Assembly: GCF_009914755.1 (NCBI RefSeq)
Contig: NC_060946.1
Direction: 5' to 3' (one strand)
Source: the human T2T-CHM13v2.0 reference genome, Homo sapiens
DNA length: 64,000 nt
Shown: positions 29,313 to 48,700 of the stretch, piece after piece
How positions within the stretch are numbered: position 1 is the stretch's first letter
How the letters are laid out: the number at the start of each line of letters is the position of its first letter
The notes under the pieces: model-generated
Told to the model about the DNA's origin: nothing
The model's input: the letters and a program-made list of their open reading frames with translations, nothing else
The model's database searches: none
Program-made: the position numbers and the translations under genes

Positions 29313-31473
29313 AGCGGCGTATTGTTCGGCCCCGGGGGGAGCCGGCTCGGAGGTGCGCGCCGAGAGGATCGCTATGGAGACGCGAGGGCGCGGCCGGGAC
29401 GGGGACTGGGGCCCTACTCCCCGGAGGCCTCCCCACCCAGCCTCCCGGTGGGGCGGGGCCGAGGCAACAGGGCCGGGAAAGGTGGGGCTGGGGCCCCCGG
29501 TGGCCGCTACCCGTGGGGCGGTGGCTCCGCACCTCGGGCTCGGGGCCGCGGCTCAGAGCCTGGCTCCCCACCCCGGCAGAACAGATCCACGGAGACCGCC
29601 GCCAGGAGTGCCGCGCGGGTAGGACCCGGGGGCGGAGGACTGGGGCCGAGAGGCCGGGGAGCCCCCCCCCCACCCATTAAGGACTGCGGAGGCTGTCGAG
29701 GAGGGTTACCCATTTTACAGCAAGACGCACGGAGGCTAAAATGCTTCACCCCGACTAAAACTCCCTGGACTTTGAAGCCCAATAGGCAGCTACCGGATCT
29801 GCGTCCCACTTGGTTTAAAGCGCAACTTTTAAATGAAAGAAGAAAACCCCGGTTGACATAAGGGATTTGGAGAGGACGGCGGAGGCGCGCTCATCTCCCG
29901 CGTGCGGCCCGACCCGAGCGTTCGCGGACGCATCGCGGAATCCCCGAGCGTCCGGCTCCTCCCGAAGCGGGTTGCGGGGAAGGCGGGGGGCTGCGGGTCC
30001 TGGAAGCTGCCTGGGGCAAGCAAGCACCCGCAGGTATTTAGAGCTGTGCCACAGCCCCTGCCCAGACTCCTACGGAGGACAGCGGGGGGCGGGGGGCAGA
30101 GACCTTAGAGCTTTCAGAAAAGTGACACACACCCCCGCCTCCTGCGGGGAACCACGGGGGGCCGGGGGCAGCTTTAGGTTTGCGTGACGGGTACACCTGC
30201 CTCCGGATGGGGCACAGGGATAAAGGGGGTGGAGGCTTAGGACTTGGCGACCCCCCGCATGGGCGGGGCTTTGGGACTGTGCCACCAGCGGCTGGGAAGG
30301 GCGCGCACTCCCTTGGTGGCGCTCGGGGCGCCAGAGTCCAGTGCAGCCCTTAGGCCTCCCAGTGGTCGGGGACGGTAGGTGGGGGTCGCCTCTTCTCTCC
30401 TAGAAGGGCTTCTCCTGGGGCCGGTCGGAGCGGTGGGGGTGGGAGTAATGCGCAGTCACCCCTAGAACGGGTCTTTTTGGCAAGGGAGGGTCGGATCCTG
30501 CAGCCAAATCTCTGAGCTGAGCTGAGATGAGTCCAGTCTCAACGGGGACCGTGGGCGGCTGTGGAGAACCGGAAGGGTTTCTCCCCCGGAGCGATGTGTC
30601 TGTGTGTGTGTCACACGCATACTCAGCCAACTTCGCTCAAAGCTGCTGAAACAGTGTCTTTGTGCTGAAGCCCAATGTGAGCATTTTCTTCCCAGTAGCA
30701 AGGATTTGAACACGTTATATTGATCTAAAAGGTGGAGTTGCTTTGGAACCTTTTAATTCGAGGTTTCCACTGGAGAGTCCTGTTGGGAAATGTGTGTGTG
30801 GAGGGAGGGGAGGAAGGAGAAAAGTCCGTCTCCTTAATGTGAGCGGTCCAGGACCTCCCCACCCGCCATATACCCTTCCACTGGGATTTTTCCGGGAAGG
30901 ATGAAAGGACAGGAGTTCTGGGGCCGGAAGGCAGGGCGGGTCCCTGAGCCCGGAGCCTCCCAGTGGAAGGCTACTGGGCGGACCTGAAGGGGACCCAGGC
31001 AGGAGGAAAAACCAGAGAACCCCAGGAGTGCCTGTTTTGCAATAAGGCTTTAAGCAGAGTGGGTTGGGTTTAAATAAACAAAACTCAGCTGCAGCCAGTG
31101 GGTTCAGGTGTGGGCCTGCTTTTCTGGAATAAGGCACCTGCAGGCTGCGAGGTAACCACAGGGACTGCCCAACACCTAGGGACAGGGGAGGATGGATGAA
31201 TCTCACTAACAGGATGTCCAGCAAAGACAAAAGATCATTCCATTCACGCTTAGACCGACAGCAAGCCCGACTCCACCATAACGTTTAGAGGTGTGCACAA
31301 ATAGGGGAAAGATGAAGAAAAACAAGGAGGTGATTATGGGCACATTCAGGAGGGCTCTGGGGGAGGAGGGGCATCCCCTTCTGGACCTGAGGGTTACCAG
31401 AGTGTCGGCTTCATGATCACACTTTGAACTCCAAACACATGATTTGCGTACTTTTCCCTATGCCTGCATCTAG

Positions 31474-32274
<801 letters not shown>

Positions 32275-32379
32275 TAAGTGGGGAGGGGAGAGGGACTAAC
32301 AAGACGGAGGCCGCAGCTTGTGCTGAGACGGCCAGGTGGTCCGGCCGCATCAGAAATCACGAGTTTGGAATGACTGGCA

Positions 32380-32560
32380 CCTTCGAGGGGTTGAGCTTTA
32401 ATTCTGCCACTAACTAGTTGTGTGACCTTCGCCAAGGCCTAACTCCTTGTTCTAACTGGACACAATAGTCCTAGACTCCTAGCGTTGTTGAAGGATTAAC
32501 AAGACAATCTGCGTGAAGCGGTCGGCACAGGGTCTGGCTCAGGCATGGATCTGCCAGTAA
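32380..32560 (+). mobile_element. MIR fragment
   Basis: ttctgccactaactagttgtgtgacctt...ttgttgaaggattaa. Confidence 0.6.
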
Positions 32561-34741
32561 TAGCATTTACTATTTTCACAGTTGCTGTTTCCTAGCATGA
32601 GTTCAAGGCTGCCTCCTCTCTGTCTTCATTATGTGAATTGAATGTGGTCACACATCTGTGTTGGAGCAGAGGCAGGGGCTGCAGCTTTCAGCTGATTTCC
32701 CAAGGGGTCTGTACTTGGACACTGATCCAGTCCACCCAATGTGTTTCCAGAAAGTGGAGCTGATTCCTGGAGAGCAGAAGGGATATATGTGGGGCTTTTT
32801 GTAAAGGGCAGCGACCTATGTGGTGGGCTTGTCCACTGCCCGAGTCTGCGGCTCCCACAGGTCACTGCCCGGCTCATATCCTTCCCCTTTGGAATTGGCT
32901 TGGAGCAGGGTCTCTCCTCCCCGGCCCCTATGTGCCCACCATCTCTGGGGTCAGTGGCCCACTCATGACTCTCAGGGCGGGGAGGGGGCTTGGAGTTCAG
33001 TAACAGCACCCTGGGTCATTCTTGCACCTGTCACCCTGAGAGCCACTGACCAGTTTTCTGTGCCTAGAATCGCTGCTTGCGGCCTTTCTCAGGGGCTCAA
33101 TGGATTGTAATTGATGTTTGTATTTTGCACTTGCCCGGAGGTGTTTCACGGGAAGTGAGCATTTTTTAAAACAAAAATAGAATTTAGAAAAAAAAAAGGC
33201 AGACACGATGGATTTCTAGTGTTGTACGTGCTGTAGAAAGCACTTGAAAATGCGTTTTGCCAGGGGCCGCAACCAGAAGCTACATGACTTCTGGAATCTG
33301 TTCCTTACACAGTAAATTCCTGGGCCAGTTGGTAAACAGCAAGGAGCCACAAGAAATCACTCATAGGCAAAAGCCGAGTGAGCCCAGGCCAAGCTCCACT
33401 TTGTCCACTTTGCCCTATTTTTGGAATTCAGGGGGAAACATCTTGGGAGCAGGCCCATTGCACCCCTCTGCCTCCTCTCGATGCCTTACAGTTGGTGGGG
33501 TTTGACACATGGAAAATTGTGAAAGTTAGAACACGGAACAAAAATGAAGCCTCAACATAGAGTTAATAGAGGCAAGGGGCTACAGAGAATTTAGATCCTA
33601 ATCAAGCACGTCTTATGTACTAGCGCTTCCCTGGAAGGCCAGGATAACTTTATGACTACAAAGAAAACATGTTTTCCTGCTTGGAAGTTGCCAGAACTTG
33701 TCTAATATAAAAGCTGGGATTTCTTGCCCGTGGGCTGTCGCGTACGGCTACCCAGGCCGCCTCGTGAAGCCTCCTCCTGGGAGCTCGGCGCCCTCAGGTG
33801 CTCCCTGAGATGCCAGCACTTGAACGACCTGCTCCAGGGAGGCTTTAGCCCCAAGAAGGTTCTGGAAAGCTCCAGGAAGTTTAGCCGGCACGCACAAAAG
33901 CCAGAGACAAATCTCCAGCCTGCCTGGAAATGCTGTGGGCTCAGGGCAATGGGCTGAGGTCTTGTGTCCAAAACTGCTCTTGCATCTCCCTGGGGAGCCC
34001 GGGTGGGCAGGAACAACAAGGTCCTGTGGCCATGCCCTCGCCCCATGCTCACCCACACTGCCTGTGCCTGCTGGGCCCATCTCAGGGCTGCACTGGCCCC
34101 TAGTGGCCAAGCACGGGCTCTACCCCTCTGCGCCTGCCTGGCTGCCTGTGCAGGTGCCCACCACACTGTCCCTGAGCAGAGCAGAGACCAGCCTGAGCCC
34201 CGGGCTCCGTGGCTACCATGCTGAGAGTGAGCCCTGTGCATGCACACACACTTACGATGCTGCTGGCCCCGAGCAGTGGCCGGCCACACGGGCTGCTAGT
34301 CATACTGCCCGCTGCTCCTGGGACTCCTGAGCCCCTCACTCTCTATAGGGTGAGGATGCCCAGCTCTGCAAGACACACAGCAAACGGAGCCTCAGAGTGC
34401 ACAGCGTGGAGATGGGGCTCCCCCCACAGGCTGCACCCCCATCTAGTCCCGGGGAACGAGAATGAAGGGCCTACCTGAGCACACAAGCCCCAGGAGGGCA
34501 TGGGAGCTGCATTTGGGGGCAGTGACTGGGAGGGCTGCTGACTCCAGGCTCAGGTAAGGGAGATGCACGTGTTCCCGGAAGAGGGTCCACACCTGCTGAG
34601 TTCACGCTGCTGAATATCCTTGCTCCTATCACTATTATTATCATTGTCGTGGTCGATCTTGTTTCCTGGCCCCCACCTGATGCACATAAACGTTATCATG
34701 GAGCCAATATGGGGGAATATTGTCTCACTTGATTACTGTTC

Positions 34742-35042
34742 TTTTTTTTTTTTTTTTTTTCTGAGATGGAGTCTTGCTCTATCACCCATGCTGGAGTGCA
34801 GTGGCACAATCTCGGCTCACTGCAAGCTCCGCCTCCCAGATTCACACCATTCTCCTGCCTCAGCCTCCTGAGTAGCTGGGACTACAGGCACCCGCCACCA
34901 CGCCTGGCTAATTTTTTTGTATTTTTGGCAGAGACGGGGTTTCACCATGTTAGCCAGGATGGTCTTGATCTCCTGACATCGTGATCCGCCCGCCTCAGCC
35001 TCCCAAAGTGCTGGGATTACAGGCGTGAGCCTGCGCCCGGCC
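34742..35042 (-). mobile_element. AluY
   Basis: gcaagctccgcctccc...tagccaggatggtc; TSD gattactgtt. Confidence 0.94.
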
Positions 35043-35099
35043 CTGATTACTGTTTACTGATTACTGATTACTGTTCTTCTTTACATACCTCCCTCCCTT

Positions 35100-35700
<601 letters not shown>

Positions 35701-35800
35701 AAAACCTGCATTTTCTTGCACCATCTCTATCTCTAAGAGAAGTCTGAGTGACCTACATTTAAGTTCTCAAGTTAAACTATTACATTTCCCTGCAACCTTG

Positions 35801-36525
<725 letters not shown>

Positions 36526-36559
36526 CAAAAAATAAATGTAAAAAGAAAAAAAAAAGGAG

Positions 36560-36990
36560 ACACACTTCACATATCTTAAAAATTACCCACTTTAAAGTGT
36601 ACAATTCAATGCTTTCAGTATAGTCACAGAGTTGTGTAGTCATCACCGCTATCTAATTCCAGAACATTGGATCACCCCAAAAAGAAGCCCCAAAGTCATC
36701 ATCAATCCCCTGCCAGCCCCCAGCAACTGATAACTGGCTTCCTGACTCTATGGATTTGCCTGTCCTGGGTGGTTTGTGTCAGTGGAGTCACACACTGTGT
36801 GGCCTCTTGGGCCTGGCTGCTTTCTCAGCATCACATTTCACTGTTCCTGCACATTGGGGCATAAATTGGTGCTTCCTTCCTTTTGAAGGCTGAGTAACGT
36901 GTCACGCTGTGGATACACTACAGTTTGTTTATCTACTCATCAGCCAGTGGGGATTTGGGCTGTTTCCACTTTTGGACTCTTTTGAATACC
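36560..36990 (-). mobile_element. Old L1M 3' fragment
   Basis: cactttaaagtgtacaattcaatgctttcagtatagtcacagagttgtg...gggctgtttccacttttgg. Confidence 0.8.
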
Positions 36991-37196
36991 CTCCCTTCCT
37001 TTTGAGTGGAGAAAAAAGGGCAAGACATTCCCTCTGCAAAATTGCACACAAAATCTTTTTTAAAATTATTCTTTTTATATTTTGGCATTGTAACTACTAC
37101 TAACCATGCTGTCATCAACGGCTCAAAGAGGACTTTCCCTGGGGACTTTCCTCTGCCCCTGCTGGGTATAGGGAGGAGCACTAAAGTTGCCCTGAG

Positions 37197-37493
37197 GGCC
37201 AGGCACGGTGGCTCATGACCGTAATCCCAGCACTTTGGGAGGCCAAGGTAGGTGGATCACCTGAGGTCAGGAGTTCGAGACCAACCTGGCCAACATGGTG
37301 AAACCCCATGTCTACTAAAAACACAAAAATTAGCTGGGCGTGGTGGTGCGCACGTGTAGTCCCAGCTACTCAGGAACCTGAGGCAAGAGAATTGCTTGAA
37401 CCGGGGAGGCAGAGATTGCAGTGAGCTGAGATCAAGCCACTGCACTCCAGCCTGGGTGACAGAGCGAGACTCCGTCTCAAAAAAAGAAAAAAA
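37197..37493 (+). mobile_element. AluS
   Basis: Full dimer. Confidence 0.95.
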
Positions 37494-37988
37494 CTGTTCT
37501 GAGGTAGGATTGGCAGATTGGGGGTGGGGGAAGCCAGTGGCCCCTACTTTTCTGTCCCCTCCTAACACGCTCACCCACCCCCTGATGCTGTTGCTGGACA
37601 GGAGGGCCACCCACACCAGCAGCCGTGAGTTGATGACACTCTGCCAGCCTGGCCTTGTCCTCCCTGGCCCCCCGCTTATGTCCTGATTGGAATGGGGAAG
37701 CAAGAACAACCACACTTGAACCACCCACTGTCTCCTTTCCTTCATGCACATTCAGCCATTCATTCAATATTCATTCAATACCGTGGTAGACATGGACACC
37801 CCTCCCCCCACAGAGAGATTATTGTCATGGGAGAATACAGACAGTACATGTCAGATTATTTTTTTCTCTTCCTGAACTTGCAAAACTTTTCTGGGGTGCA
37901 AGAGAGATGGGCAGGTGATTGTGGGCAAGAACGATTCTACAGGAATGGGAGAGACCCAGAAAAGCTAGAGACAGTGTCAGCATTCTAA

Positions 37989-38268
<280 letters not shown>

Positions 38269-39518
38269 CATCCTAATTATATCATTGTATCTTCTTTTTA
38301 AAGATTAAAAGACAGACGGCAACACTGGGGTTGCAGAGCTCAGGAGCCAGTCCTGGCCCCCTGCCTCCTCCCTCATGAGGTTCCCCTGATCCCCAGGACA
38401 TCGGCTTCCACATCTGCACATCTGGGAGACAAATGCACCATCAGGGAGGGCAAATCATACCTGGGAAGGGCCTGACTCCAGCAGTTTCAGCAGTGGCTGA
38501 AAGATCATGGCTATTTTTGCCATCATTACAATGGAATGTCCACTCCCTCCAGCCACCTCCACAGCAATCAACACCGGTGTCCAGCCACTCTACATGGACG
38601 TGTGGGGAACAGAGCACAGGCCTCTTGGCTTGGCTGTGGTCACCGGGAGGGAGCAGGGAGGGACAGCTGCCAAGAGGATGGGGGAGGGAGCCTGCTACTC
38701 AGGAACGCTGGGGCAAGACATGAGACAAAGGGCTGCCTTCACCCACCAGTAGGAGCCTGACCCTGAGCCCAAAGAAACTGCCCACCTGTGTGCTGACCCC
38801 AGGGCCTGAGGACAGGTCCCCAAGTGGACGTCTCAAAGAGAGTCCCACATTCCAGGGCACATGGGAACTATGGCCTTCTGGCAGCTGGAGGGCAGCAGGA
38901 AGGGCACAGCTGTCTGAGACCCGTGTGGCTTCCCAGAAAGAGGTGCCACCCCTGAGGAGGCACCGGTGCTCACGGACTCCTGGTTGCCAGTCTTGCCAGG
39001 GCAAAAAGGCAAGCGAAGGAAACCCTCTCTTCGTGGGGCACTCTGCCTTGCAGTGTCAGGTGAGATCCCGGGGGGAAAGCTGGCTTGAGCTCCTCTGGAA
39101 TGTGCAGGGAGGACTCCGTCAGGCCCGGCTCTGCCTCCAAGCTGGGCAGCAGGCGAGCCCCAGAGCTCCACCAGCCCCACTGGCAGAGGAGGGCCCTCAC
39201 GAGGCAGGAGCCCATGATTCATGCCCTGCTGGAATTTGTCGAGCATGCCGAGATTTGCAGCTCCTCCGAGATCGGGTCCTGCCCTGATCAAAAGAAAAGA
39301 AGATGGATGAGGACACTATAAATAGGCCAGAGCCACCCAGCTGGCCTCGGGGATGCAGGCGGTATGTGTTCTGGGCTCTCACGAAGCTAAGAAACTCTAA
39401 ATCCAAGGTGACATCGTGGCACACCGCCACCTGCTTCAGGGGGACACAGGGGACAAGGAGGAGCTATTGGCAGAGCGCTCGGTTCCTGCAAGTTCCAACT
39501 TCTGCTAAAATTGGTTAA

Positions 39519-40430
<912 letters not shown>

Positions 40431-42598
40431 CAAACTTAGTCTTAAAGTTAACTTAGTCTTAAACAAGATGCTGATTATCTGCTGGTTGCGGAGGTCAGCG
40501 GTCTGAGATGGCTCTCTCTACATCTCTACATGGGTGAACGTCACAATGTCTGCCTTGTTGGGGTCAAGCCAGGTTCTGCTGGGAAGCCAGTGCTCGTGGT
40601 CTGCCAGAGTCCAGGACGGGGCTGTGCAGTCGGCAGGAGGGTGAGTGATCCATCAGTGTCATTCCTGGCCAGGGTGTTCTGGGAGGAGAAGGGGGGCTTT
40701 GTTCGAGTGGAAGCCAGGAGCATTCCCAAGGCTGGCCTTTGGGGGGTACCCACTGTGACCCCCAAATCCTCACCACACTTCAGAGATGCTTCCTGAGGCC
40801 AAGACTGGGGCAAAGCTGCTTCATTTCATCTGGGCCATGCACCATTGTTGGGGGCCTGCCTGTGCCCAGCCCTGTGCTGGACTCTGCCCCTAATTTTTCA
40901 GATATGTGGCCCGCCCTTGGTAAGTCCCGTCTGCTGTGCTGGGGAGACAGACATACACACATACTCGGTCAAATACTGTGGAGCAAAACCAAGGGACAGG
41001 TCACTCTAGAGAGACAGTGAAGGGGGGTGTCTGTGAAAGCTGTCCAGGGTAACTGGGTTTTGAAGGTTCTCCAGGCAGACAAGAATGTTGAATTCCAGCC
41101 AAGGGGAAAAACATATACAAAGACCTAGAGGAATCAAACAGACTCTGTGTGGCAGGGGAGAATTTGTGACTATAAGCAATTTAATATTACTGAGGGGTGA
41201 AATCGTAGGGGTGGAGAGTAGGGTGGGAGTTGAGGCCAGAGGTAGGCAGGGGTGGGTTAAGGGGTCTGGCCTTTGTACTGCAGGCACTGGGGATTTTCAG
41301 CTGTAGAGGGACAAGGTCAGCTGTGCATCTGAGAGCATGGGTGGCTGGAGAAGAGCAGGGGTCGGGGAGGAGACCAGTTGAGCATAGAACCAGAGGCCCA
41401 TGGTGAGATGTTGCCGGAGGACACAGGTGAAGAGGCGGCTTTCCATCCTGAAAGGATGTCTGCCCAGCATAACACACAGGGCACCAGAACCCACCCACAA
41501 TGACTCTGGCCAGCCAAGAGGTGGGTTACCCCAAAGTCCCACCCAGGAGCTTCTTTGGTGGAGGAGGGGACTACTGTCCCCAGGCTGCCAGTCTCAGAGA
41601 TAACGAGAGTTCTTGTCTTTCTCATAGTCAGCAGTTCCAACATTTGAGAGTCACTGCTCACCCACCTGCAGTGATGAGGGGGGTTGAATCTCTTTGTTTC
41701 TGCCTCTGTAAATGTGGACACCTGGCCCCTTTACTGTGGCAATACTGGCGGGTGAAGCCCCCCAACCCGTGTGGAGAAGGGGCTCCGAGAGGCCCCCGCT
41801 CCCGCACCCCAGTCAGGTGAATATGATCGTGTCCTTTTGCGATCAGCGTGGGGACAGCAGCAGGAATTAGAGCAGTGGGACAGGCACCAGCACCCACTCC
41901 TTCAGGCCGGGCTTTCTCCCCATCTCCCACCCCGTTCACTCCTGCAAGGGGCTCTTCTCTGGCCAGTGAGGCGAAGGCCAGAGGAGAGGGGTGGGGATGC
42001 CTATCCTGTCCTACCTGCCTTCACCGCGGAGCAGGGCAGTCGGGGCCAGTCCATGCGGCAGGTTCTGCCTCCCGGGACAAGCCCAGAGCCAGGCAGCCTT
42101 TCTCACTGGGTCCGTCTGGGTGGGCTCCTGGAGGTGGGGATGGCATCTCCAAGGAAAGGACTGGAGGTGAGGCTTGTGGAGGGGAAGGCAGACCTGGGGC
42201 AGGAGGGAGGGATTCCAGAAGCTTCTGGATGGGAGGTGGACTGCAGGGAATGTGGGATCTCCCCAGAGAGAGGCCAGACATCCCCGGTGTCGGGAGCTGG
42301 GCCATGGAGGGGGAGTTTGGTGAATGCCCTGGCCATGGCCCAACAGGACAGAGCTTTGGCTTTAGTGTAAATCAGAATCTCCCCTCTAATTTTGGGGTGT
42401 GGACATGGTAACAAATTGGGGCTCTTCCAGGAAATAAGAGGGGGACGGACCCCACATTTCCAGGGTCCAAAAAAACTCTACCTCCCTCTATGCCCCACAT
42501 GCCCAGAGAAGGTGTAGCTTCTCTGCTTTGCCTGTAACCCTCTGAGTGTCCTCCTGAGCCCCTTCTGCTGGGCAGTGGGCACAAAACGAGGCCAGCCC

Positions 42599-43025
<427 letters not shown>

Positions 43026-43904
43026 TCAGGGCCTCCAGCCTGAGTCTCTGCCTCCTCATCCTCCAGCCTGCTGTCCCCTGAAGGACCCATGTCCCGCTGT
43101 CCTGGCTCCCGCTGGCATTGGCAGGTGGGGGGCTAGGGACAGGTCTCCTGGCCTCAGCTTGCCCTAGAACTTGGACCCTCCATCTGCTACCCCCTGCTCC
43201 CATGCTGCTGCAGGCCCCGACAGTCTCCTAGCCGCTTCTGGGTCCCAGGAATGCCAAGCTCCTAGCCTCCAGCTCTCTGGCCACACGGACCACATTGCAC
43301 AGGCTGGTGCTAGAGCAGCCCATGAGGCCATCTCCGTCTGGGGAGCAGAATTCTGACACGGACCCAAAAGGAGCTTTGTGGCTCTCTGCAGAGCTGATGG
43401 CCCAGGAAGCATCTCATTTTTAAAGCAATAATGCCACTAGATGGACAGAGCTGAGGAAATGCTACATGGCCGGGACAGGTGAGGGTGGGTCCAGCAGCTG
43501 GAAGCCCCCTGGATCGAGGGCAGTCCTCCCGTGGGGCTGTGGGGAGACTTCTCCCTCTCTCCCTCAAAATGGCCTCTCTCTGAGCTGCTTTGCCTGCTTC
43601 TCCAGGTACCCTGTCATCGGCCAGATCTCCTGGGCTCAGCTCTCTCCCCAGTTCAAATGAACGGCTCCTGGCGAACGAGAATCTTGTTTCTAATTCCCAG
43701 TTCCCAAGCTGGCCTGGTCTGTGTGAAGCAGCTACATGGTCAAGTCATCAGCGTCAGACAGGGTCATGAGACTACACATAAAGGTGTTCACCGAGGGCTG
43801 CACGGGGCCCGAGACCCAGCCCAGCCTGGCTCACCCAGCCCGGCTACCTGGCGTGGGCTGGCTGCTGCTGGGAAGGGCCCCTCTCAAATGCACACAGGCA
43901 CAAC

Positions 43905-44356
43905 GGCAGCTGATGACAAATGGCTCCACTCCTTCCTGCCTTCACGCCTTCTGCAAGGTGACATTTCAGCTCATGGGAAGGTGGGAGCTATTTCCCCACC
44001 CCTGCAATCTGGCAGATGGCCTTATGATTTGTTCTGACCATACAGTGAGGCAGAAGTGATGTCAGTTCTGAGCCTAGGCCTTAAGTGCTCTTCTGCCCTT
44101 CAGGAGCCCTGTGTGCTAGAGGATGAGAGACCACATGGAGCCGAGGGCAGCTGTCCCAGCTGAGGTCCCAGGAATGTGAGCCCAGCTAAGACAGCAGAGC
44201 CATGTCGCCAACCCTTAGTGACCTCAGAAGTGAGCCCATCTCAGATCAGCAGAGCCACTCAGTGGGCCTGGAGGCTCACGGGAAAGAATTAATGGTTGTG
44301 TTTGAAGCTATTACATTTGGGGGAGTTTTGTTACACAGCAATAGATAACTGATACA
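43905..44356 (+). mobile_element. MLT1 (H/J-like) MaLR LTR
   Basis: Ends ttgttacacagcaatagataactgataca, a typical MLT1 3' terminus. Confidence 0.8.
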
Positions 44357-44540
44357 GACATCCCATGGACTATCTCTGAGCATCACATACTAAAAATGTG
44401 ACTGCAGGAGCAGTTAATCAGAGAAGCAGGGTCTCACTGTAACTCAAACAGAGACCCCCAGCTGTGGCTATGGCCTCTCCAGAGGAGAAGAGTCATAGTG
44501 GTTAAGACACATAGACAGAGCCTGAAGGCAAGGTTCACTG

Positions 44541-44987
44541 TGTGGCAGCCAATCTCCAAAGGTGGCCCCAGGGAACCATGCCTCCTGGTGTTTCCACCCT
44601 TGTTTAGTCCCCTCCCACACGGAATCTGGATTGGCCCTAACCCTCACATTAACCAACAGAATGCAGTGAAGTGCCACTGTGCCAGTTCCAGGCCTGAGAC
44701 TTAACAAGACCCAGCAGCTTTGGCCTGTGCGTTCTCAGGAGACTGCTGCCACCTAAGAAGTCTGACCAGCCTGATGGAGAGGGGCTACCCAGAGGACATT
44801 GAGGGTGCAGAGATGTGAGTGATAAGTCATCTTGGACATTCTGCCACCATCTGACGGCAACTGCATGAGAGACCACAAGCAGAAGAACTACCCAGCTGAG
44901 CCCAGCCAACCCACAGAACCCTGAGAAATAATAACGAAGTGTTGTTTCAATGGCGTGTTTGTTACGCAGCAATAGGTAGCTGGTGCA
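44541..44987 (+). mobile_element. MLT1 (F/G-like) MaLR LTR inserted into a MIR
   Basis: tgtggcagccaatctccaaaggtggcccc...cccagctgagcccagcc...gttacgcagcaatagg; MIR-like sequence on both flanks. Confidence 0.78.
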
Positions 44988-45598
44988 CTCTACTTACCAG
45001 CCAAGGGTTCTTGTGCAAGTCATTTGCGTGAACTCTACTGCACTTTGCAAATGGGGGTGATTCTCACTAATCTAAGCCAGGAAAGTCTACCTCCTCACCC
45101 TGGGTATCATGAAGAACAGCTTTAGAACAATACTTTAGTTCCCTCTTACAAAGCCATAAAGGTTCCAGAAATGTGAGGTTCAGACTCAGAGAACCCAGTA
45201 ATCTATCATCCCAAATACACATCCGAGAGGGTTGTTCCCCTCTTGAAGGGTCACGGGCAGCTCCTCATCTCTGGACCTTTCTGGGTCTGCCCTGCCCACT
45301 AGTCAGCCCCATCTCCCATCCCCCACTGGCCCCTTCCCCAGTTTGTACATTTGACAACGTATGACTTGGTGTTCTAGCTGCGGCTCAAATGCTGCCTCCT
45401 CTGACACCTTCCCTGTCCTCTGGGCAGGCTAGGGTGCTCCTCATCTGTTCCCACAACCACTGCATCATGCATTACAGCTGTCACTGTCCTGTATTACTGT
45501 CTCCCTAATGATGACCCCAGAGGGCCAAGACCAGCTCCTTCCACTGTGTGGCACTGAGCAGAGGGTCAAATACAGAGGGAAGATCAATAAGTACTCCT

Positions 45599-46107
<509 letters not shown>

Positions 46108-47338
46108 TTAGGCCTGTCTCCGAGGGGGTGTGGGATTGCTTTCTGTTGCACTCAGGCGTTTCTGTTCATTTTGGCCGTCTGCAAAGCAGCCCATTAGGTT
46201 GTATCTGTGGTGCCTAAAACGGAGAGGAAATCTGGGAGTTTTCTAGGTAACGTCCAATCCAGATGACTGGCTTGAACAATTCTAGGGCTCTTCCCACTAC
46301 CAACACCCTCAACACACCCCAGTGCACCAGCACACACACAGGTGCCCCCTCACTCTTTCTGCTGTGCATTCCGGCTGCACTGAGTCGCAGCATCTCACTG
46401 GCTGCCCTCAGAGGAACCCATGAGGTCACCAGGAAGGGGGACTGCTGCAGGACCCTGAAGCTTGGAAACAGGCATGAGAGCTGAGGAGTAAGCAGCAGGG
46501 GCCAGGCCCCATTCCATGGCTTAGCCAGAAAATGTACACCCTGAATTCTCTCCAAAGTACTCCTCTGGAGCAAGGTGAGAGCCATGTTGGCAGCCAAGGA
46601 TGTAACTCCCAGAATGAGCTAATGAGTCAACTTGACTTCTGGCAGCATAGTGATCAGATATCCCAAAATGCCATCCGCTACCTGATTGCAAGTAAATGTC
46701 TACAGACATAACATTATTGCACTGCCAAGATCACAAGGAAGCCCTCCTTCCACAAAAGAAACAAGCAATAAATAAAGCAAACTATCTGGAACCAGAGATG
46801 AGCAATAAGCACTTTCCTTAGGTAATGCAAAATGCAGAGTGGTGAGTGGGGGGAGTGAACCTAAGAGTCCTACACCGACTTGAGACCCTCAAAGGAGGCT
46901 ACCCGCCTAAGGAGAGGGTGGTTCCAACCAAATCTGCCTGCCAGGACAGGGATCCCTCTGGGAAACCTGGGTGTCTGCTTCAGAGCTCCAGGTGGAAACA
47001 TTTAAGAACAATAATAATGTCCCTGGAGGATTTGCAACCATTTGCTCTCCTGCAGCGCTGAAGTTAAATTTACACTATCCTCATAGACGGGAAAATCCCC
47101 ACTCAAGAAATTAAATTAAATTGGTCCTGGTCAGTGATAAAATGGTAGAGGCAAACAGAAATCCTTTCTGGAGGAAAGCATCCCAATTTAGGCCTTCAGG
47201 ATTCCTACAGATGAAGCACAACCAAATACACACACACACACACACACCCCAAGGAGACAAGCCACCATAAGGCGAGACTCAATAGAAATAACAAATAGAT
47301 TTAGACCCCTGAGAACTGCTTGAAATAAATGAAGTGCC

Positions 47339-47950
<612 letters not shown>

Positions 47951-48057
47951 GGAAGGGAGGGAGGGAGGGAAAAGAAAAGAAATAGATGAAGTCTATTCAT
48001 CTATCAATTTTTCCTTTTTGATTGTCTTCCTTATTCCATCTAAGGAATTCCAGCTAA

Positions 48058-48394
<337 letters not shown>

Positions 48395-48399
48395 GATTA

Positions 48400-48700
48400 A
48401 GGAGGATTTAATGGAATAAGGAAGATGATCAAAAAGGCAAAAGAGTCTATTGGAGAAAAAAAGGCCAGAGAGATTTGAAAAAGAACCAAATATACTTTTA
48501 CAAGTGAAAAAATACAAATGTTGAAACTATGAGTTAAACAGCTAAACAGAGAATCAGTGAAATGGAGCACAGATACGAAGAAATTTCCTAGGATGCAACA
48601 TAGAAAGATGAGAAGAGAGAAAATATGAAAGAAAGGTAAGAAGGCTGGGAGGAGAGTATGAGTGAGTCTAATGTGCATCTAATCAGAATTCCTAGAATTC
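48400..48700 (+). mobile_element. Old L1M/HAL1 ORF1-region relic
   Basis: A-rich agagaatcagtgaaatggag...gtctaatgtgcatctaatcagaattcc resembles L1 ORF1 sequence. Confidence 0.55.

Larger units (their letters stand above)
25000..30450. promoter_or_regulatory. CpG island spanning the CELSR1 promoter and exon 1
   Basis: High GC and unsuppressed CpG throughout, extreme at 28050-29650; free of Alus. Confidence 0.92.

Noticed and set aside
28032-29861. Multiple 200-440 aa ORFs across the promoter
   Set aside because: Stop codons are scarce at this GC content and the products are R/G/P/A low-complexity.
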